DNA of 64,000 nucleotides from Chara braunii (lineage: Eukaryota; Plantae; Charophyceae): positions 7,413,718-7,477,717 of the forward strand of contig BFEA01000008.1 in NCBI GenBank assembly GCA_003427395.1, in the 5' to 3' direction. Below the pieces are notes generated by a model. It had not been told where the DNA came from, made no database searches, and was given only the letters and a program-made list of their open reading frames with translations. Position 1 is the first letter of the stretch; each line of letters begins with the position of its first letter. Shown piece by piece: positions 1 through 13,719 of the stretch. Made by a program: the position numbers and the translations under genes.

Positions 1-585
1 ATGCCGAGAGTAGTGGAGTGAGGGCCATTCTCAGCGGACCACTTTTGGGCTGTACGGGACCGTAAGGCCTGAGGAGGGGCTTCGTTCACCAGTCACGTGT
101 GGAGTCCAAGCCTCGAAAACCTGTGCATCGTGTTCAGGGCAAATAGGGTAGTCCCATCTGCAGCGGCAGGGGGGAATGTGATGGGACCACTTCTTGGCTG
201 TGCCAGACTAAACGGAGGGCTTGGTTTACCAGATACGACTGGTGCAGCCTGATAATGTTCACAACTTCACAGGTGAAGCGTAGAGTCCTTGGGGATGAGC
301 AAAAGGAGAGTGAATCTTGCNCGAGAACATGGAAAGATACACCGCCATGATTTTTGTCTTTTGTGCATGCCGAGAGTAGTGGAGTGAGGGCCATTCTCAG
401 CGGACCACTTTTGGGCTGTACGGGACCGTAAGGCCTGAGGAGGGGCTTCGTTCACCAGTCANATGCCGAGAGTAGTGGAGTGAGGGCCATTCTCAGCGGA
501 CCACTTTTGGGCTGTACGGGACCGTAAGGCCTGAGGAGGGGCTTCGTTCACCAGTCAAGTGTGGAGTCCAAGCCTCGAAAACCTG

Positions 586-688
586 GGGCAAGGTCCCACT
601 TGCACGGATTAAGAAGAGATTCTGGCCGTTGATCTGTGCTATCTACGGTCAATATCGCTTAAGTGGTGTAAGTGGGACCAACTAGCCC
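586..688. mobile_element. Short Harbinger-like MITE (GGGC...GCCC family)
   Basis: Imperfect TIRs gggcaaggtcccactt / aagtgggaccaactagccc, flanked by CTG (583-585 and 689-691). Internal ggccgttgatct...atctacggtc is shared with other copies in the window. Confidence 0.7.
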
Positions 689-797
689 CTGGTCCCCACT
701 TTAGGGACCAGGTCCACGATTCCGCAGGGGCCACGCCCCGCTCTGGAGCTGCCTGCCTGTGCTGGTCCACCATTTCATCCGAGCCACGAAAGACCTG

Positions 798-894
798 GGG
801 CCAAGTCCCACTTACGCTGATTCTTCACTTCTGGCCGTTGATCTTCCGAATCTACGGTCAGATGTTCAGATTTCGGGTAAGTGGGACTTGGCCC
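798..894. mobile_element. Short Harbinger-like MITE
   Basis: Perfect TIR gggccaagtcccacttac / gtaagtgggacttggccc. CTG duplicated at 795-797 and 895-897. Reconstructed empty site aaagacCTGgtcttc. Confidence 0.8.
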
Positions 895-1214
895 CTGGTC
901 TTCGCTTCAGGGACCAGCTCCATCATTCCGCAGGCGCCGGGACTGGTCCACCGACTCCCCTATTGCAGGCGCAGGACTTGTGCGGGGGCCGCCTGTCGGT
1001 CCTCATCAACCATTCCGTTTTGAGACGCGAAAACGTGCAACGAAAAAAAAGAAAAAAAAAGAAAAAACTTCAAAAAAGAAAAAGAAAACGTGCAATGCAG
1101 TCCAGGGACGAAGTGAGAACGGAAAGGAAATTCCTACCGGAAGTTGGTTACCGCTACGTAGGCCCCAACCAGGGTCGGAAAACAGGCCCGGCGCAGGCAA
1201 GGCTGGGGCTGGGC

Positions 1215-1266
1215 TGGGCGGGCGGGCGGGCGGGCGGGCGGGCGGGCGGGCGGGCGGGCGGGCGGG
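1215..1266. repeat. (GGGC)n microsatellite
   Basis: Directly visible tetranucleotide run. Confidence 0.95.
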
Positions 1267-1620
1267 CCGGCGGGTTGTCCTGCCTTTTTCCTACGTAAGG
1301 CTGTGAGTGCCGTTCTCGAATCCACAGACTTACATTCCCGAGTCTTTAGCTTGCCACGAGCCCTGCTTGACATCTCTACGGGCCACAAGTCACCAATCTT
1401 CAAAGAGATCGGAAGCGATACTATGGGCGTCGCTGCACTACTCTCGGAATGCACAAAAGACAAAATTCATGGTGGTGTATCTTTCCATCTTCTCGCAGAA
1501 GATTCACTCTCGTCTGCACATTTCGAACGTAGTGCAGCGAGGCCCTCTTACACTTTATCTTTTACCCGAAAGGCCGAGAAAGGTATATCGCTCAAATTTT
1601 AACGGGTGTCTGGAAGGGCT

Positions 1621-1653
<33 letters not shown>

Positions 1654-1751
1654 GGACAGTCAATCTCCACGGTATATCTGTCAAATGTCCAAGCTATTGT
1701 GCACGCCGATAATGGACAATAAGTGGAGCGATGTACTGTCGGACCCATAAC

Positions 1752-1860
1752 TACCGTCTTCACTAGAATAGAACGCACGTTCATTAAAGTTGCATTTAGA
1801 CTGAAAGATGTCCCAAATACAGCTAGAATGACGGTGCGTTGTATTCGGAGGAAGAAGATA
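1752..1860. mobile_element. ~110-bp hairpin MITE, TA-flanked (taccgtcttc...gaagacggta family)
   Basis: TIR-like ends taccgtcttc / gaagaagata. Internal sequence aligns by eye with 11870-11978 and 23997-24105. Confidence 0.65.
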
Positions 1861-2027
1861 GCTCACCGGGCGGAACATGAAGATGCGAGTAAGCGGGACA
1901 TGACCGAGAGCAGTTTGGTTGCGAGTGCTTTAGAATGTTCTCTTACGGTGTGGCAACCACTGCATCAGTCTGAGATCCGTCGGGCAAAGTTCTGCTGTAC
2001 ACAACGATTTTATTTTTTATTTTTTTA

Positions 2028-2069
<42 letters not shown>

Positions 2070-4136
2070 GTACACAACGATAGTATTTCTCGCTCATTCT
2101 GATTGATTGTTGTTCGCTCTGCTGACATCATACACAACGACAGTATTTCTCGCTCTGTTTGATTGTTCACACTGATGACGGCATGTTTCTCTTCTCGCTC
2201 GGCTTGTTTTTCACAGGTACAGGATCCTCCATTAGAGTGGGGAGAAAAAAAAATAAAAATAAAAAAATAGAGTGGTCTGTTTGGACAGATGACTGACTTG
2301 ACTGGAGCAAGCTGTAAGCTACAGGAACCTCCTGCTGAGAGTAGAATCCTAAGCTATACTCAGACTGAAACGTTTCGATGGAAATTTGAATCTGCCGGTA
2401 ATTCCAGTCAGGTACGTCCGGAAAAGTCCAGTTATTGGGTAATATACACATTGTATAAGAACGTCATACTGTGATCTGCAGGTAGGTCTCGCAGTCAGGC
2501 ACAAGGTGCAAGATCCTGCTTACGCGGACGGAGTACGGCCTCGCTCCAGTGCGCAACAGCCTAAATAAGAAAAGAAAAGAAAAAAAAACATTCTAAATGT
2601 ATCTGAGCTGATGACGGTCCTGATACATTCTAAATGCTGGAGCATCCCAATGCATCTGCTTCAAATGAAGTCCAGATACATGTAGAATCTCGAGTAGTTG
2701 ATTGAGCGAGGCCCTCGTTCATTTCCGAGCGTGATTACGGGCGGATATCTCATCGTCGATGGTTGATTACGGAGATCGATGGCCTGGGAGAGATAGGCGC
2801 TCGCCGCACCACTCACCAAATGTGAAAAAAAAAAGAGAATGGATCTTCCTCTAGAACGTGGAGTGATACACCCGGCATAGTTTTGTCTTTTTCACATTTG
2901 GTCATTGGTGCGGCGACGCCCAGAGAGTCTGGGAAAAGCAGGACCTTGCCCCAACCAACGCAGGGGAACGTACGAGAGACCGATTCTTCATCTCTTGAGG
3001 CGGAAGGAAGGGAGCATGTACAAGTCCTCAAGGACGAAATGGAAGATAAAAAAACATGTACTTTCTTTCTTTTTCTTTTTTGTCCCCTTTTGTTCATCCT
3101 TGCGCAGCAGGGGCCATCATGCTAATCTCACTCCTCCGTGTCGTTCCAATCTTAATCCGGGATTTCCCGGAGGACAATTTTTTTTTGTACTTACCACTAC
3201 CAAAAAAGAAAAAAGAAAAAGAAAAAGAAAAGAAAAAAAAAAGAAAGAAAAAGAAAAAGAAAAAGAAAAAGAAAAAGAAAAAGAAAAAGAAAAAGAAAAG
3301 GAAAAATAAGATTTACCACCAGATCTAAGATCAAGTGTAGTATCTGTTGCGACCAGTTTCATATCTGATCCGTGGTCCATCACGTCACGTTATTACAAAA
3401 AAAGAAAAAGGAAAAAGAAAAAAGGAAGGTTCTTCGAGGTGTGCTAGTATGTCGTAAATCTGCATTTTGCAAACCTCAAAGAAAAGAAACAAAAAGGAAA
3501 AGGAAAATTCCGAAATCAATGGCAATTCACCAAGCAATGTGGCTCCTCTCGCCCCCATTGGCTTACCTTGGCCCATTGGCCCTGCCCAGAGATCCAGCTT
3601 TGTTTCGTCCCCCGCCCGTCCCCGCCCCCGCGCCCCCCGGCCGCCCCCCCCCCCNNNNNNNNNNNNNNNNNNNNNNNNNNNNNNNNNNNNNNNNNNNNNN
3701 NNNNNNNNNNNNNNNNNNNNNNNNNNNNNNCCCTTCCCCCTTCCCCCTCACCCCGAAATCCTTCACCTCGCGCCCCACTTCGCATCCAAAAGTACGTTTC
3801 TGAAAGAGCAGAAAATAAACGTTCCTGAAAGAGAGGAGAAAATGGGGGGCGGGGAGTGGGGAAGGGCAAAAGAGACGGGAAAAGTGGGATGACTCGGACA
3901 GCAAATGTACGAAAGATTTGACTGCAAATAATTGTACAGGAAATGAAGGTCATTACTAGTAATACCCGAATTCAGTGCCGACGTCGGCCATCTACACATT
4001 CAAAAATGCGTCCCCCTTAACCTGCCCTCCTGTCTCCACCTCTCTCGTCTTCCTACCACACACGAACATTCAATATATTTTGACATGAACACACCCAACC
4101 TAGCAAATCGATAATCGATTCCATCAACGACCGACT

Positions 4137-4199
<63 letters not shown>

Positions 4200-4319
4200 G
4201 CGTCAGATGGCTCCTTTTGGATCGCAGCTTCAACTGTGGTCCTTCCTAAAGTGCACTCCCAAGTTGAGCCTTCAAAAAACTGCCCTTCCCCTAATCCTCT
4301 GCGCTCCTCTCCTGTTCAC

Positions 4320-5240
4320 TCTTATCCCACCGAACCCAATCTTATCCAATCTTATCAGATCTTACCCAAACTTATCCAATATTATCAGATCTTAACCAAA
4401 GTTATCCAAACTTATCCAATCTTTCTAATTGACACTTGGTCCTTTTTATCCGACCCCATTATCCAAATATTATTGACACGTGGCATCCAATCTTATCCAA
4501 TCTTATCCAATCTTATCCAAACTTATCCAAACTTATCCAAACTTTCTAATTAGATAAACATCAAATCACACTTGTCTCAGATCTCACGCGGTCAGGCAAG
4601 CACATTGTATGACCAGATCAGCTTTCACGTCAGTAGATGATGATGACGATAATACAATCCATTGCAGTTGAAGAAGACCAGTAATCAGTATACAGGATGC
4701 GCCACGTTGGCAGCCAACTGCCACAAGGTAACTGTCTTTTGGGGTCTTCTCCCTCCCTTTTCCTCTCCTCTCGCCCCCCGTCCAACCAACGCCTCTGTAC
4801 GTTCCACCATAATTTGGGAAGCCGATGTCGTCGTCGTCTTTACACATCATCGCAGCATGCAGCCCAACAGAGACGTAAGCCACAACTTCCATGCCACGTG
4901 TCAATGATGACAAGTGACGCGTATCGCTACCTCGCTGGCAGTAGCTAGGTACCTAGCTTTGCACTTTGCAATCCATCTCCAGGTCCTTCAGTTGCCCGAT
5001 GACGTGGATTAAGATCAGATAAGCTTTTAGATCTGTCGGCTGAACCCATACCTAACCTCACCCACTTGGTCCTTTTTATCCGACCGAATCTCATCTTACC
5101 GTGCCACGTGTTTATCTTTAGCCAAGGATAAGATAAGATTAAGATAAGATAAGATAAGATAAGATAAGATCAGATCAGATCAGATCAGATCAGATCAGAT
5201 CAGATCAGATCAGATAAGGTAAGGTGAGATAAGATAAGAT
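4320..5240. repeat. (CTTATCCAAT)n block and opposite-sense (GATAA/GATCA)n block
   Basis: cttatccaat-type array at 4320-4550; gataa/gatca array at 5127-5240; cacttggtcctttttatccgacc repeated near 4432 and 5063. Confidence 0.7.
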
Positions 5241-7149
5241 GCAGTCAGACAAATCGGAAATATGAAGCAAGCTCATCATATTGCCAGGATGAGTACAGCT
5301 ATGCTATCTCTGAAGATTCCGATTCCCGTAGTAGTCACGATCTGATCCGTGTGACCTGATCAATCAGGTCATGTGAAACAGCCTTTCTGTCAGTTGCAGC
5401 TACCTCGTCTATCAAGAAATTTTCCTGCATCTGGTCGCCTTCTTCGCCCGTGTTCGTCATCCTCCTATTAGCCATGTTCCCACTTTGCCATTAGAAGGAA
5501 TGGCACGAGAATAGTCGAAACGACGTGCCATGCATGATGCATTCGTGTCACGTGGTTGTGTGGATCGCCACGTGTCCCCTCTGCTGTCACCGATGCTGAC
5601 GTGGAGAGCCGAGAGAGCAGTGAACACGAGGATGATACCGCCGACGGGCCAAATAGAAGATGTGCAGGCTAGCAAGAAGCTTCTTCCACCGCGCAACGCT
5701 CTGTCGGCGCTTCATGTCTAAGCGCCTTCGTCCTCTCGCACTTCATCATTTTTCTGACAGAATTTGGCTGTATTACCGGTCAGATACGTCTCAGAAAAGT
5801 CCCAGTTGCTGTGGTGTGAGTATATGTCCTTCACGGTATCCACGACTGCTAATCAATCGCGTGTACAGCTATTGTCTAGCTAGCTACTGTCGGCGACTTG
5901 TGTTCTGGTCCTCGTTTTGCCCCGATTCAAATTTGAAATTTCTAGCCGTTGGGCCAATAGCTTCGACTCAATTGCAGTGGAGTTTGCCATTTGCGGACAG
6001 ACTGCGGTAATAGCCGTTAAACTAGCCGTTGAGGTGTGCTTGATTTCAACGGTATGGGCACTTTTTATTGCCAGCGACTGGTGTCCAGCTCGAGCTGAAC
6101 TCTTAACGGTTGCGGCTAAGGCGATGCCTGGATCGAAAAATTCGTATTCACATTAACGGAAAGTATTGGAATAGCCGTTAGGGCCGCCGTTAAACTACTA
6201 CAGCCGTCAAAGCACCCATTAGATCCACTGATAAAGAAAGAAGCCATTAAACTAGCCTTTAAACTCGGCGTCAGAACCACTGGGAAAGAAGCCATTAAAC
6301 TAGCCGTTAGACTAGTTTCCGTTAGACTAGTAGCCGTTAGACTTAGTAGCCGTTAGACTTAGTAGCCGTTAGATCCGGTGGTAAAGAGGCCGCTTGACTA
6401 CCGGTAGCCGCCGTTAAGTGCTAGATTTCAACATACTTGGCGTAAGCTAGATGGGCGAACACGTCCACAATGAGGGTGCGTTGTGATCGGGGGAAGACGG
6501 GAGCCGTTTGTTGCAGGCAATCAAGGACGAAGAGACAGCTGGCAGACCAAGTGAGATTCAAGTTTGTCCATACCATGCCATGCCATATGTGGCGTGACTG
6601 GCGTCATTTTCATCAACGGCACTGCTGAGCGAGCAGCGGTGAGCAGCAAGGTCCCAAAAGACAAGAGGGAGGCCAGCAGCGTATTTGCGCAGACATACTG
6701 CCTGTACTCGAAATACGCGAAAAATATGAATAAAAAACGGGAAGACAGAAAGTTAGGCAAATGCGGTCGGGATTAGAGGATTTCAAAATGGCAATCAAAC
6801 TTTGGATGGATGTGATGAGTATATAAATATGATGTAATCGATAGTGAATTGGGGCCCCCAGGTTTATAGACGGGCAACAGATATATAATAGTAAATAGTA
6901 AATAGTAAATAGTAAATACCTTCGCTGTGGAATTTTTAAAGTGTGTGCAGACGATCATACTTATTGTTACTGTGAGTAAAATGAAATATATATAATGAAA
7001 TATATATAATGAAATATTTATAAAGAAATATATATATATTGCGTCTGTGTTCGTCGTTTGATGGTAGTCTCGATAGAGTAAGAGTACCGGGGGGGAAAAA
7101 ACAAGGAAAAAAGAAGAGAAAAAAATGCAAGTACTAGACTAACAAAAGA

Positions 7150-7650
7150 ATAGAATGCATGAGCTTGACACAAAGGGGGGGGCGGGGGGAACCGAAAATA
7201 AAAGAAACAAAACGAAAGTACACAAACAAACAAAACAAAACAAAACAAAACAAAACAAAACAAAACAAAAACAAAGCAAAACAAAACAAACAAACAAACA
7301 AACAAAGAAACAAAACAAAAAAAACAATAATGACAGACTTGAAGACTGAACCAAAACGATGGGAGGAGGGACAGTAGATAGTCAATTTTTCTTGATGACG
7401 TCATACGTGATGACACGGTGCTGCGGTAATAAGTCAGTCAGTGGTTAGTTAGGTTATTCACAAACGAGCGACGGATTCAGAAAGAAGAAAAACCGATAGA
7501 ATGCATGAACTTGACCAAAAACATTATAAAACAAACAAAAAAACCAACAAACAAACAAACAACACAATAATGACAGAATTGAAGACTGGACCAAAACGAT
7601 GGGAGGAGGGAAAGTAGATAGTCATTTTTTTTTTGATGACGTCATAGGTG
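7150..7650. repeat. Diverged tandem duplication containing (CAAAA)n
   Basis: tagaatgcatgaRcttgac at ~7151 and ~7497; caataatgacaga.ttgaagactg.accaaaacgatgggaggaggga.agtagatagtca at ~7325 and ~7565. Confidence 0.8.
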
Positions 7651-8617
7651 ATAATAAGGGGGTGGGGGGGCGGGGTTGGAAATTATTAAAAGAAAAAAAA
7701 GAATTGTGCAGTTCTTGAGGTCCTGCGTCGAACTCCAGCAAATAACATGCGAACTTGTGAATAAGGCAAAAAAAAGCGCATATATATATATACCGGTTGG
7801 CAAACGTATCATAGCAACTGCAGTCTTGATCGAGAACTAAAAAACAAAACGAATGTGCTTGAGAAGCTCTTGCAAGAGCTCAAAACGAATACACTTCAGC
7901 CTTAGCCTTAGGCTACAGCAGAGCAGTTCGACCAAGAACTTGGCAAGAAGTGAAAAAACAAAAGGCAGCATCAGCAGATTGAACAGGAAATTGAGGAACC
8001 AGCACACATCTCTCGACTGGGCGGGTTCGGTCCACAGTCCTAATAGCTCTATACGAGAGTCTATAGCAGTCAGTTAAAACTTGCAAGTGGGTGAATGGAG
8101 GAAAGAACATCCCCTCCCCGGCGATAAACAACGACTCTCACAGTGAGCCGTTAGGAACAGCAGCAAAACTGCTTCGAGTGCTCAGCACTTCGCGAAGCGC
8201 ACGAACGACGGGCAAAGGGCGGCTCGCTGAAGCTGCAGTGGAGAGAGCTGCAGGCAAGCGCGAAGAAATACTGGGAAACGACAAGACAATCAGACAGCGA
8301 AGAAAATACATGTACTCGGCAAAAGGGATTTCATTTGGGGCCATTAAATTTTGGAGAGATTTTCCAATTTCCTAAATGGTAAGTCGACGACGGAACAAAA
8401 AAAAAAGAAAGGGAATAGGAGCAGCAGTCATGATGCCCTTATGCTCCGGTGAGGAGGAGGAGGAGGAGGAGGAAAGCAGAGGAGTGAGGATGTCGTATGA
8501 GGAGAACCAACGGGGGATCGGGACTGAGAAACGAGAATGGAGTTAGAGCCGCTGAAAACGGAGAGGAAACGGGAGACTAAGTTACCCGAATAGCTCGCAG
8601 AAATGGCTTCCGAACGA

Positions 8618-8652
<35 letters not shown>

Positions 8653-9768
8653 GGAACTTGCTGCTGCTGCTGCTAAAGACGCTTGGAACACATGGGTAGA
8701 AAAATCAGTTGGGAAAACTACAAAAATAAATTCGTACCATTTACAAAAGACCGACTACGGCTGGTAGCTAACAGACGACCTATGACCGGTAGATCCCGAA
8801 CGACCGACGACCGACGACCGACGACCATACTGCTGATGGCTAACCACGACCGACTACTGCTTGTCCTCGTAGCGAACGAACTACTGACTACTGCTGGTAG
8901 CTAACGAACGACCGGCCACTGCTGGTAGCTATCGCAACACTAACGGACTACCGCTGGCCGGCAACCCTAGACTGACTGCTGCTAGACCAGAGTTACCAAT
9001 GCAAACCATCTTTAGACCAGGCAAAAAAAAAAAAAAAAAAAAAAAAAAGACCCTAATGAGGGCTCAACTACCGGTAGTAGTCAACACAACTGGACGAGGC
9101 TGACCACTTGCCGCTGGGATAAACCGCGGACACTGCAGTTTGCTAACCAGGGGGCCGGGTCCATGTCACACTTGTCGACGAGGTTTACTTCAAAATTCGA
9201 GTATGCATGGCCCGCCCCCTGCCATCCGATCTGAAAATCTCACGTCGCCCACAGTGCGACTACGTTGAAAAATACGACACTAACCCCCCCCCCAGTTGTG
9301 GGACATGACCCCAGGTAGTACTGCATATTAATTAACAGTCCGGATAATGAATGAGCTGGACGACGGTTCACGTCCCGCGCTTCGATCGGGGACAAGCACG
9401 GATGGCTATAACTAACTGAACAACTCAGCTGAAGTGTGTTGGGATCTCGACCAGGACAGGCAGCTGGAGGTGGTGCAGCTTTTGGACCACGGTACAGTTG
9501 AAGACCAGTGCGAGTGACCGACCGGGCATAAGTATTGTCTTGAGCAAGATGAGCAGTCCTCGAGCAGTTTAAGGTGCGGAGCAAGAGAAGCAGTCCTACC
9601 GGTAGTCTCCTAGACAACAACCAGCGCGGTTGTAGACCAGGACCGGCGGTTTGTATGCCAGGAGCAGCTGCGGGGTTCTGGAACGGGACCAGCGCGGTAC
9701 GGAAGTGAATAGCTGGCGAGGTGCAGAGCGAAGGGCAGCGGATGAAACAGGAACAATCAGATAGTACA

Positions 9769-10090
9769 GACGAGGAACAGTCAGATGGACCAGGACCAAT
9801 CAGATAATACAGACCAGGATGGCTTCGCGCGCGTGTGGTAGACCAGGAACAGTCAGATGGACCAGGACCAATTAGATAATATAGACCAGGACAGCTTCGA
9901 GCGCGTGTGGTAGACCAGGATCGGCAGATGGACCAGGACCAATCAGATATGGACCGGGATGGCTTCGAGCGCGAGTGGTGGACCCGGATCAGTCGGATGG
10001 ACCAGGACCAATCAGATATGGACCGGGATGGCTTTGAGCGCGCGTGGTGGACCAGGATCAGTCGGATGGACCAGGAACAATCGGATACAA
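9769..10090. repeat. ~70-bp minisatellite, about 4.5 units
   Basis: Units starting gaccaggaccaat at ~9788, 9860, 9931, 10000 and 10069. Confidence 0.9.
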
Positions 10091-10384
10091 ACCATGGCTA
10101 GAGATTCTCGCGCCTTCTGCAGTTGGTAGCATAGTCACACTGAAAACAATTTGTCGAAGCACATTTAGCCGTAATCAGTCACTGATGCATGCAGAAAAGC
10201 TAAAAAAGTCCGGGTACTATGCCACGATCAGCTGACTGCAGTACGGGCAGACGACGCGCTGACTGCATTACGGACAGTCTCTGACCAGGTGGTCAGTCAA
10301 CGGAGCTCGGACTGTGGTCAACCGGACCGAAGATCGCTGACCACACAAAACGCAGGTCAAATTCTGTTTTTATTTCATCATGGC

Positions 10385-10420
<36 letters not shown>

Positions 10421-11397
10421 GCTCCTCTCGACAACGACTCCAGCTGTCGTATTCAGCGAATCCTTATCACGGTACCTACTCTTCGGAAACGCTCACACTT
10501 TGAGACTTCTCACAGTAATACTTTCGGGGATGTGTATGTGACCGCGTTTCCGATCAAACCCGGATGCATCTGCCCGCAGTTACGTCCACAGGGGAAGTGT
10601 AAAACTTGCTAAAACGGAACGGAAAGGGGAAAGCTATGGACATGCCCCCATGGCCGACAACTTGCTTGCCTACGAACACGAAACTTCAACTGAACATTAC
10701 AAATCCGCTAACGCTTGGGTTCGCTACGACACGCGAGGGCAAACTATAGTCTCCCCCTCCCCCCCCAAAAAAAAAAAAAAAATCGAAGTCCATACACTTG
10801 GTGTAGGTGAGGAGTCTGTGGACACCTACTGTAGGAGTGGGACGTTTTTTTTCTTCCGAGTGAGCGTAGATTGGAGGAGGAGCCAAAAACAAAGAGTCTG
10901 ACGCGGGGGGGAAGCTCAAGAACTTGAAGGAGAAAGGTGGCAAGCAGCGATGGGCAAAGAAGAAGAGAAAAGGGGGGGGAAAAAAGAGATGCAGACTACT
11001 TTAGCCATTTGTTGCGGGCGGGACTCGTCAACGCTCTCTGTCTGCCTAGGAGTAAGACGTGGTTAACCGTTAACCCAACTTGTCCGTGAAAAGTGTAAGG
11101 AAGGGCATAATCGCACCAGCAGCTGCTGCTAAAATCTCTCCAATGGTGCGGCTGAACCTGACCGTAATCGCCGTCGCATGCGTCTGTCGATGGGCAGTTC
11201 TGCAGCCTCTAATCAAATGTGCCCCTAAATCTCCTCCCTCACTCAGACTTTTCAACCCAGTCTCAGATATAGCCTAAGTCTCAAAATCTCTCATGCACTA
11301 TTCCTCTTCTGAAAGACTTGTCAAAGGTCTCTCCTTTCCTACCTATATATCAGATTCTGTACTCTGACAATTGAGTACTATCCATTAGAGTCCAATC

Positions 11398-11720
11398 CAG
11401 CAGCTTGGACCTTGAGGACGCGAATTCGCACAAAGAACCTAAGTCTTCCTAATCACTCCAAGATCCCAGGGCGACAGGTTCAAGTCTACTAGGTAGATAG
11501 AGTCTATCTAACAGCAACCTTGAGGAGTCCAACGCGAATTTGCATGAAGAACCTGTATCTTCCTGATCACTCCAAGATCCCAGGCCGAAAGGTTCAAGCC
11601 TAGGTGTAGAGTCTATACCAGCAGCGTGGACCTTAGGTCCTTCGACGCCAATTTGCAGAAAGAACCTCTATCTTGAAGTATCTTCCTAATCAGTCCAACA
11701 TCCCACGCACAAAGGTCCCT
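11398..11720. repeat. ~110-bp diverged tandem repeat, 3 units
   Basis: Recurrent cagc..ggacctt...gaattYgca...aagaacct...tcttcctRatcactccaagatccc. Confidence 0.8.
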
Positions 11721-11869
11721 CAAATCTACTATGTACCATACGTACTACGACTTACCCGCTTGAGCCACTCCAGCATCTGATTCTGATTTAAAGCACCACC
11801 ACCAAAACCTCCACGAGCAGCACCAAAACGTCCAAGAGCACCACCAAAACCTCCAAGCTCCAAGTCGAC

Positions 11870-11978
11870 TACCGTCGTCACCCGAATAAAGCGCCCGGTC
11901 ATTATCACTGCATCTAGACTGAAAGTTCCACCAAATACAGCTATAATGACAGGGCGTTCTATTCGGGTGAAGACGGTA
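11870..11978. mobile_element. ~110-bp hairpin MITE, TA-flanked (Tc1/mariner-like)
   Basis: taccgtcgtcacccgaata...tattcgggtgaagacggta: long inverted repeat with TA at both ends. Confidence 0.8.
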
Positions 11979-12439
11979 GTGAAGGAAGTTGAAATTGAAA
12001 AGACAGCAGAAACTGGCAGTAAGGCATCCTTCCACGTGAAAAACAACGACTGTCACATCGAAACTGGAAAAAGTGACCTTTGGTTGGTCACGGTATGTTA
12101 GGCAAGGACCGTCACTTACTGTCATTTGAAATTTGGCAACTTCCATTAGCGCACGCTCTCACTGCGACTGTTAGTTCGCTGTACAGCACTTTCAACAGAA
12201 GTCAGTATAGGTCAAGCACTCCCTACAGCTCAAGGATAGTCTACATTTTCATTAGGGGCACGGGTGTAGATCAAGCACGGAGCATTGCTCATGAAGATGA
12301 AGTGGCGTGCAGCTCGAGCAGTGAGAGTATAGCTCAAGTTCCCTATGGCTAAAGGACTCGGACTCGCTACAGCACAGTGTCAAAGATAGTCGTCTATATT
12401 TTCATTAGTGTATACTATATATCAAGCACGGAGTTTTAC

Positions 12440-12770
12440 TCAAGAACTGGCGTGCAGCTCAAGCAGTGAGAGTATAGCTCAAGCAGTGAGGGTATAGCTC
12501 AAGCAGTGAGGGTATAGCTCAAGCACCCACTACAGCTCACGCACGCACTGCACCTCAGGCACGCAGTGCAGTTCAAGAACGCAGCGCAGATCAAGAACGC
12601 AGTGCAGCAGCTGCAGCTCACGCACGCAGCGCGGCTCACGCACGCAGTGCAGCTCAAAGGACTCACTACACAGTATAGCTGAAGCAAGCAGTATAGCTGA
12701 AGCACAGTGTTGCTCAGGCACTTCCATTAGTGCAGCTCAAAGGACTCACTACGCAGTATAGCTGACGTTT
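12440..12770. repeat. Degenerate short-unit tandem repeat (gctcaagcagtgag / gcacgcagtgca)
   Basis: Directly visible ~20-bp periodicity. Confidence 0.75.
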
Positions 12771-13444
12771 TCAACAGTGCTCTCAAGGACTGCTCCACCG
12801 ACACAACTGCTTTACCAAATTCTACGGCGACCACACTCCTACAGAGAGTCTAGATAAGCAGGCTGCAAATACTAGGAGTGACAATGAAAAACACAAGCAG
12901 AAGAGCTGTAATTTGCACAGATTGAAAGAACAAAGCAAAAACAACAAGTACAGACATTAGTTCTCTGAGTGTGTGATAAGTCATGCCTGAAAAAAAACTA
13001 CACACCTGAAAAAAAATCAGATTGATATGCTATGCGTGGGAAGTCTAGAGGAGGAACTCACCGGTCCCGAGGAGGGGAAAAAAGAGGAAGATGAAATCCG
13101 ATTTCTACTGTTTGAGAGAAATGGCCATGGCCATCCTGGCTGACGAGAAGTGATCACACGTCCATGCATGTACTACCGAGAAGTGATGACACGTCCATGC
13201 ACGTAAAATAAAATAATAGTCCGTTTGTAAGATGCCACACGGCTGACCAGAAGTGATGAAACGCCCATGCACTTGCTACCGAGCGGATAGCTTTACGATC
13301 TAACGCACCGACTGTTAGTAATCAACTCCAGCAACTTGGCAGCCCGCATTTCTCTGCTTTCTCCTCCTACTCCTCTTTCTCCTCCTCCTCCTCCTCCTCC
13401 TCCCGCGTCAAACTGAAGCATTCCGGGTGATGAAGTCACACAAA

Positions 13445-13685
13445 GGTTGTGAGACTGGACTGGCGAAGTGACACTCACGCGGTGCGACTGGACTGGCGAA
13501 GTGTCACTCACTGTGCGAGAGTGGCGAGTTGTTATTCACGCTATGCGACTGGACTGGCGCAGTGCCACACACGCTGTGCGACTGGTGTAGGTGTCACTCA
13601 CGTTGTCCGACTGGTGAAGTGTTACTCACGGTGTGCGACTGGTGAAGGGTCACTCACAGTGTGCGACTGGCGAAATGTGCATTGA
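13445..13685. repeat. ~30-33-bp minisatellite (gtgcgactggactggcgaagtgtcactcac)
   Basis: About seven diverged units visible. Confidence 0.85.
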
Positions 13686-13719
13686 CTCGATTGCAGTAGG
13701 CAGCAGGACCTCCGGACCA

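Noticed and set aside
1-580. Three near-identical ~95-bp copies (1, 368, 463)
   Set aside because: Single Ns lie at or near the junctions (321, 462); probably contig-join artefacts.
2172-2614. CTGATGA motifs at 2172 and 2608 as hammerheads
   Set aside because: No stem II, GAAA or closing stem I follows.
9769-10090. CRISPR-like periodicity (also 52500-53450)
   Set aside because: Whole units repeat with no unique spacers, no cas genes are present, and the context is eukaryotic.
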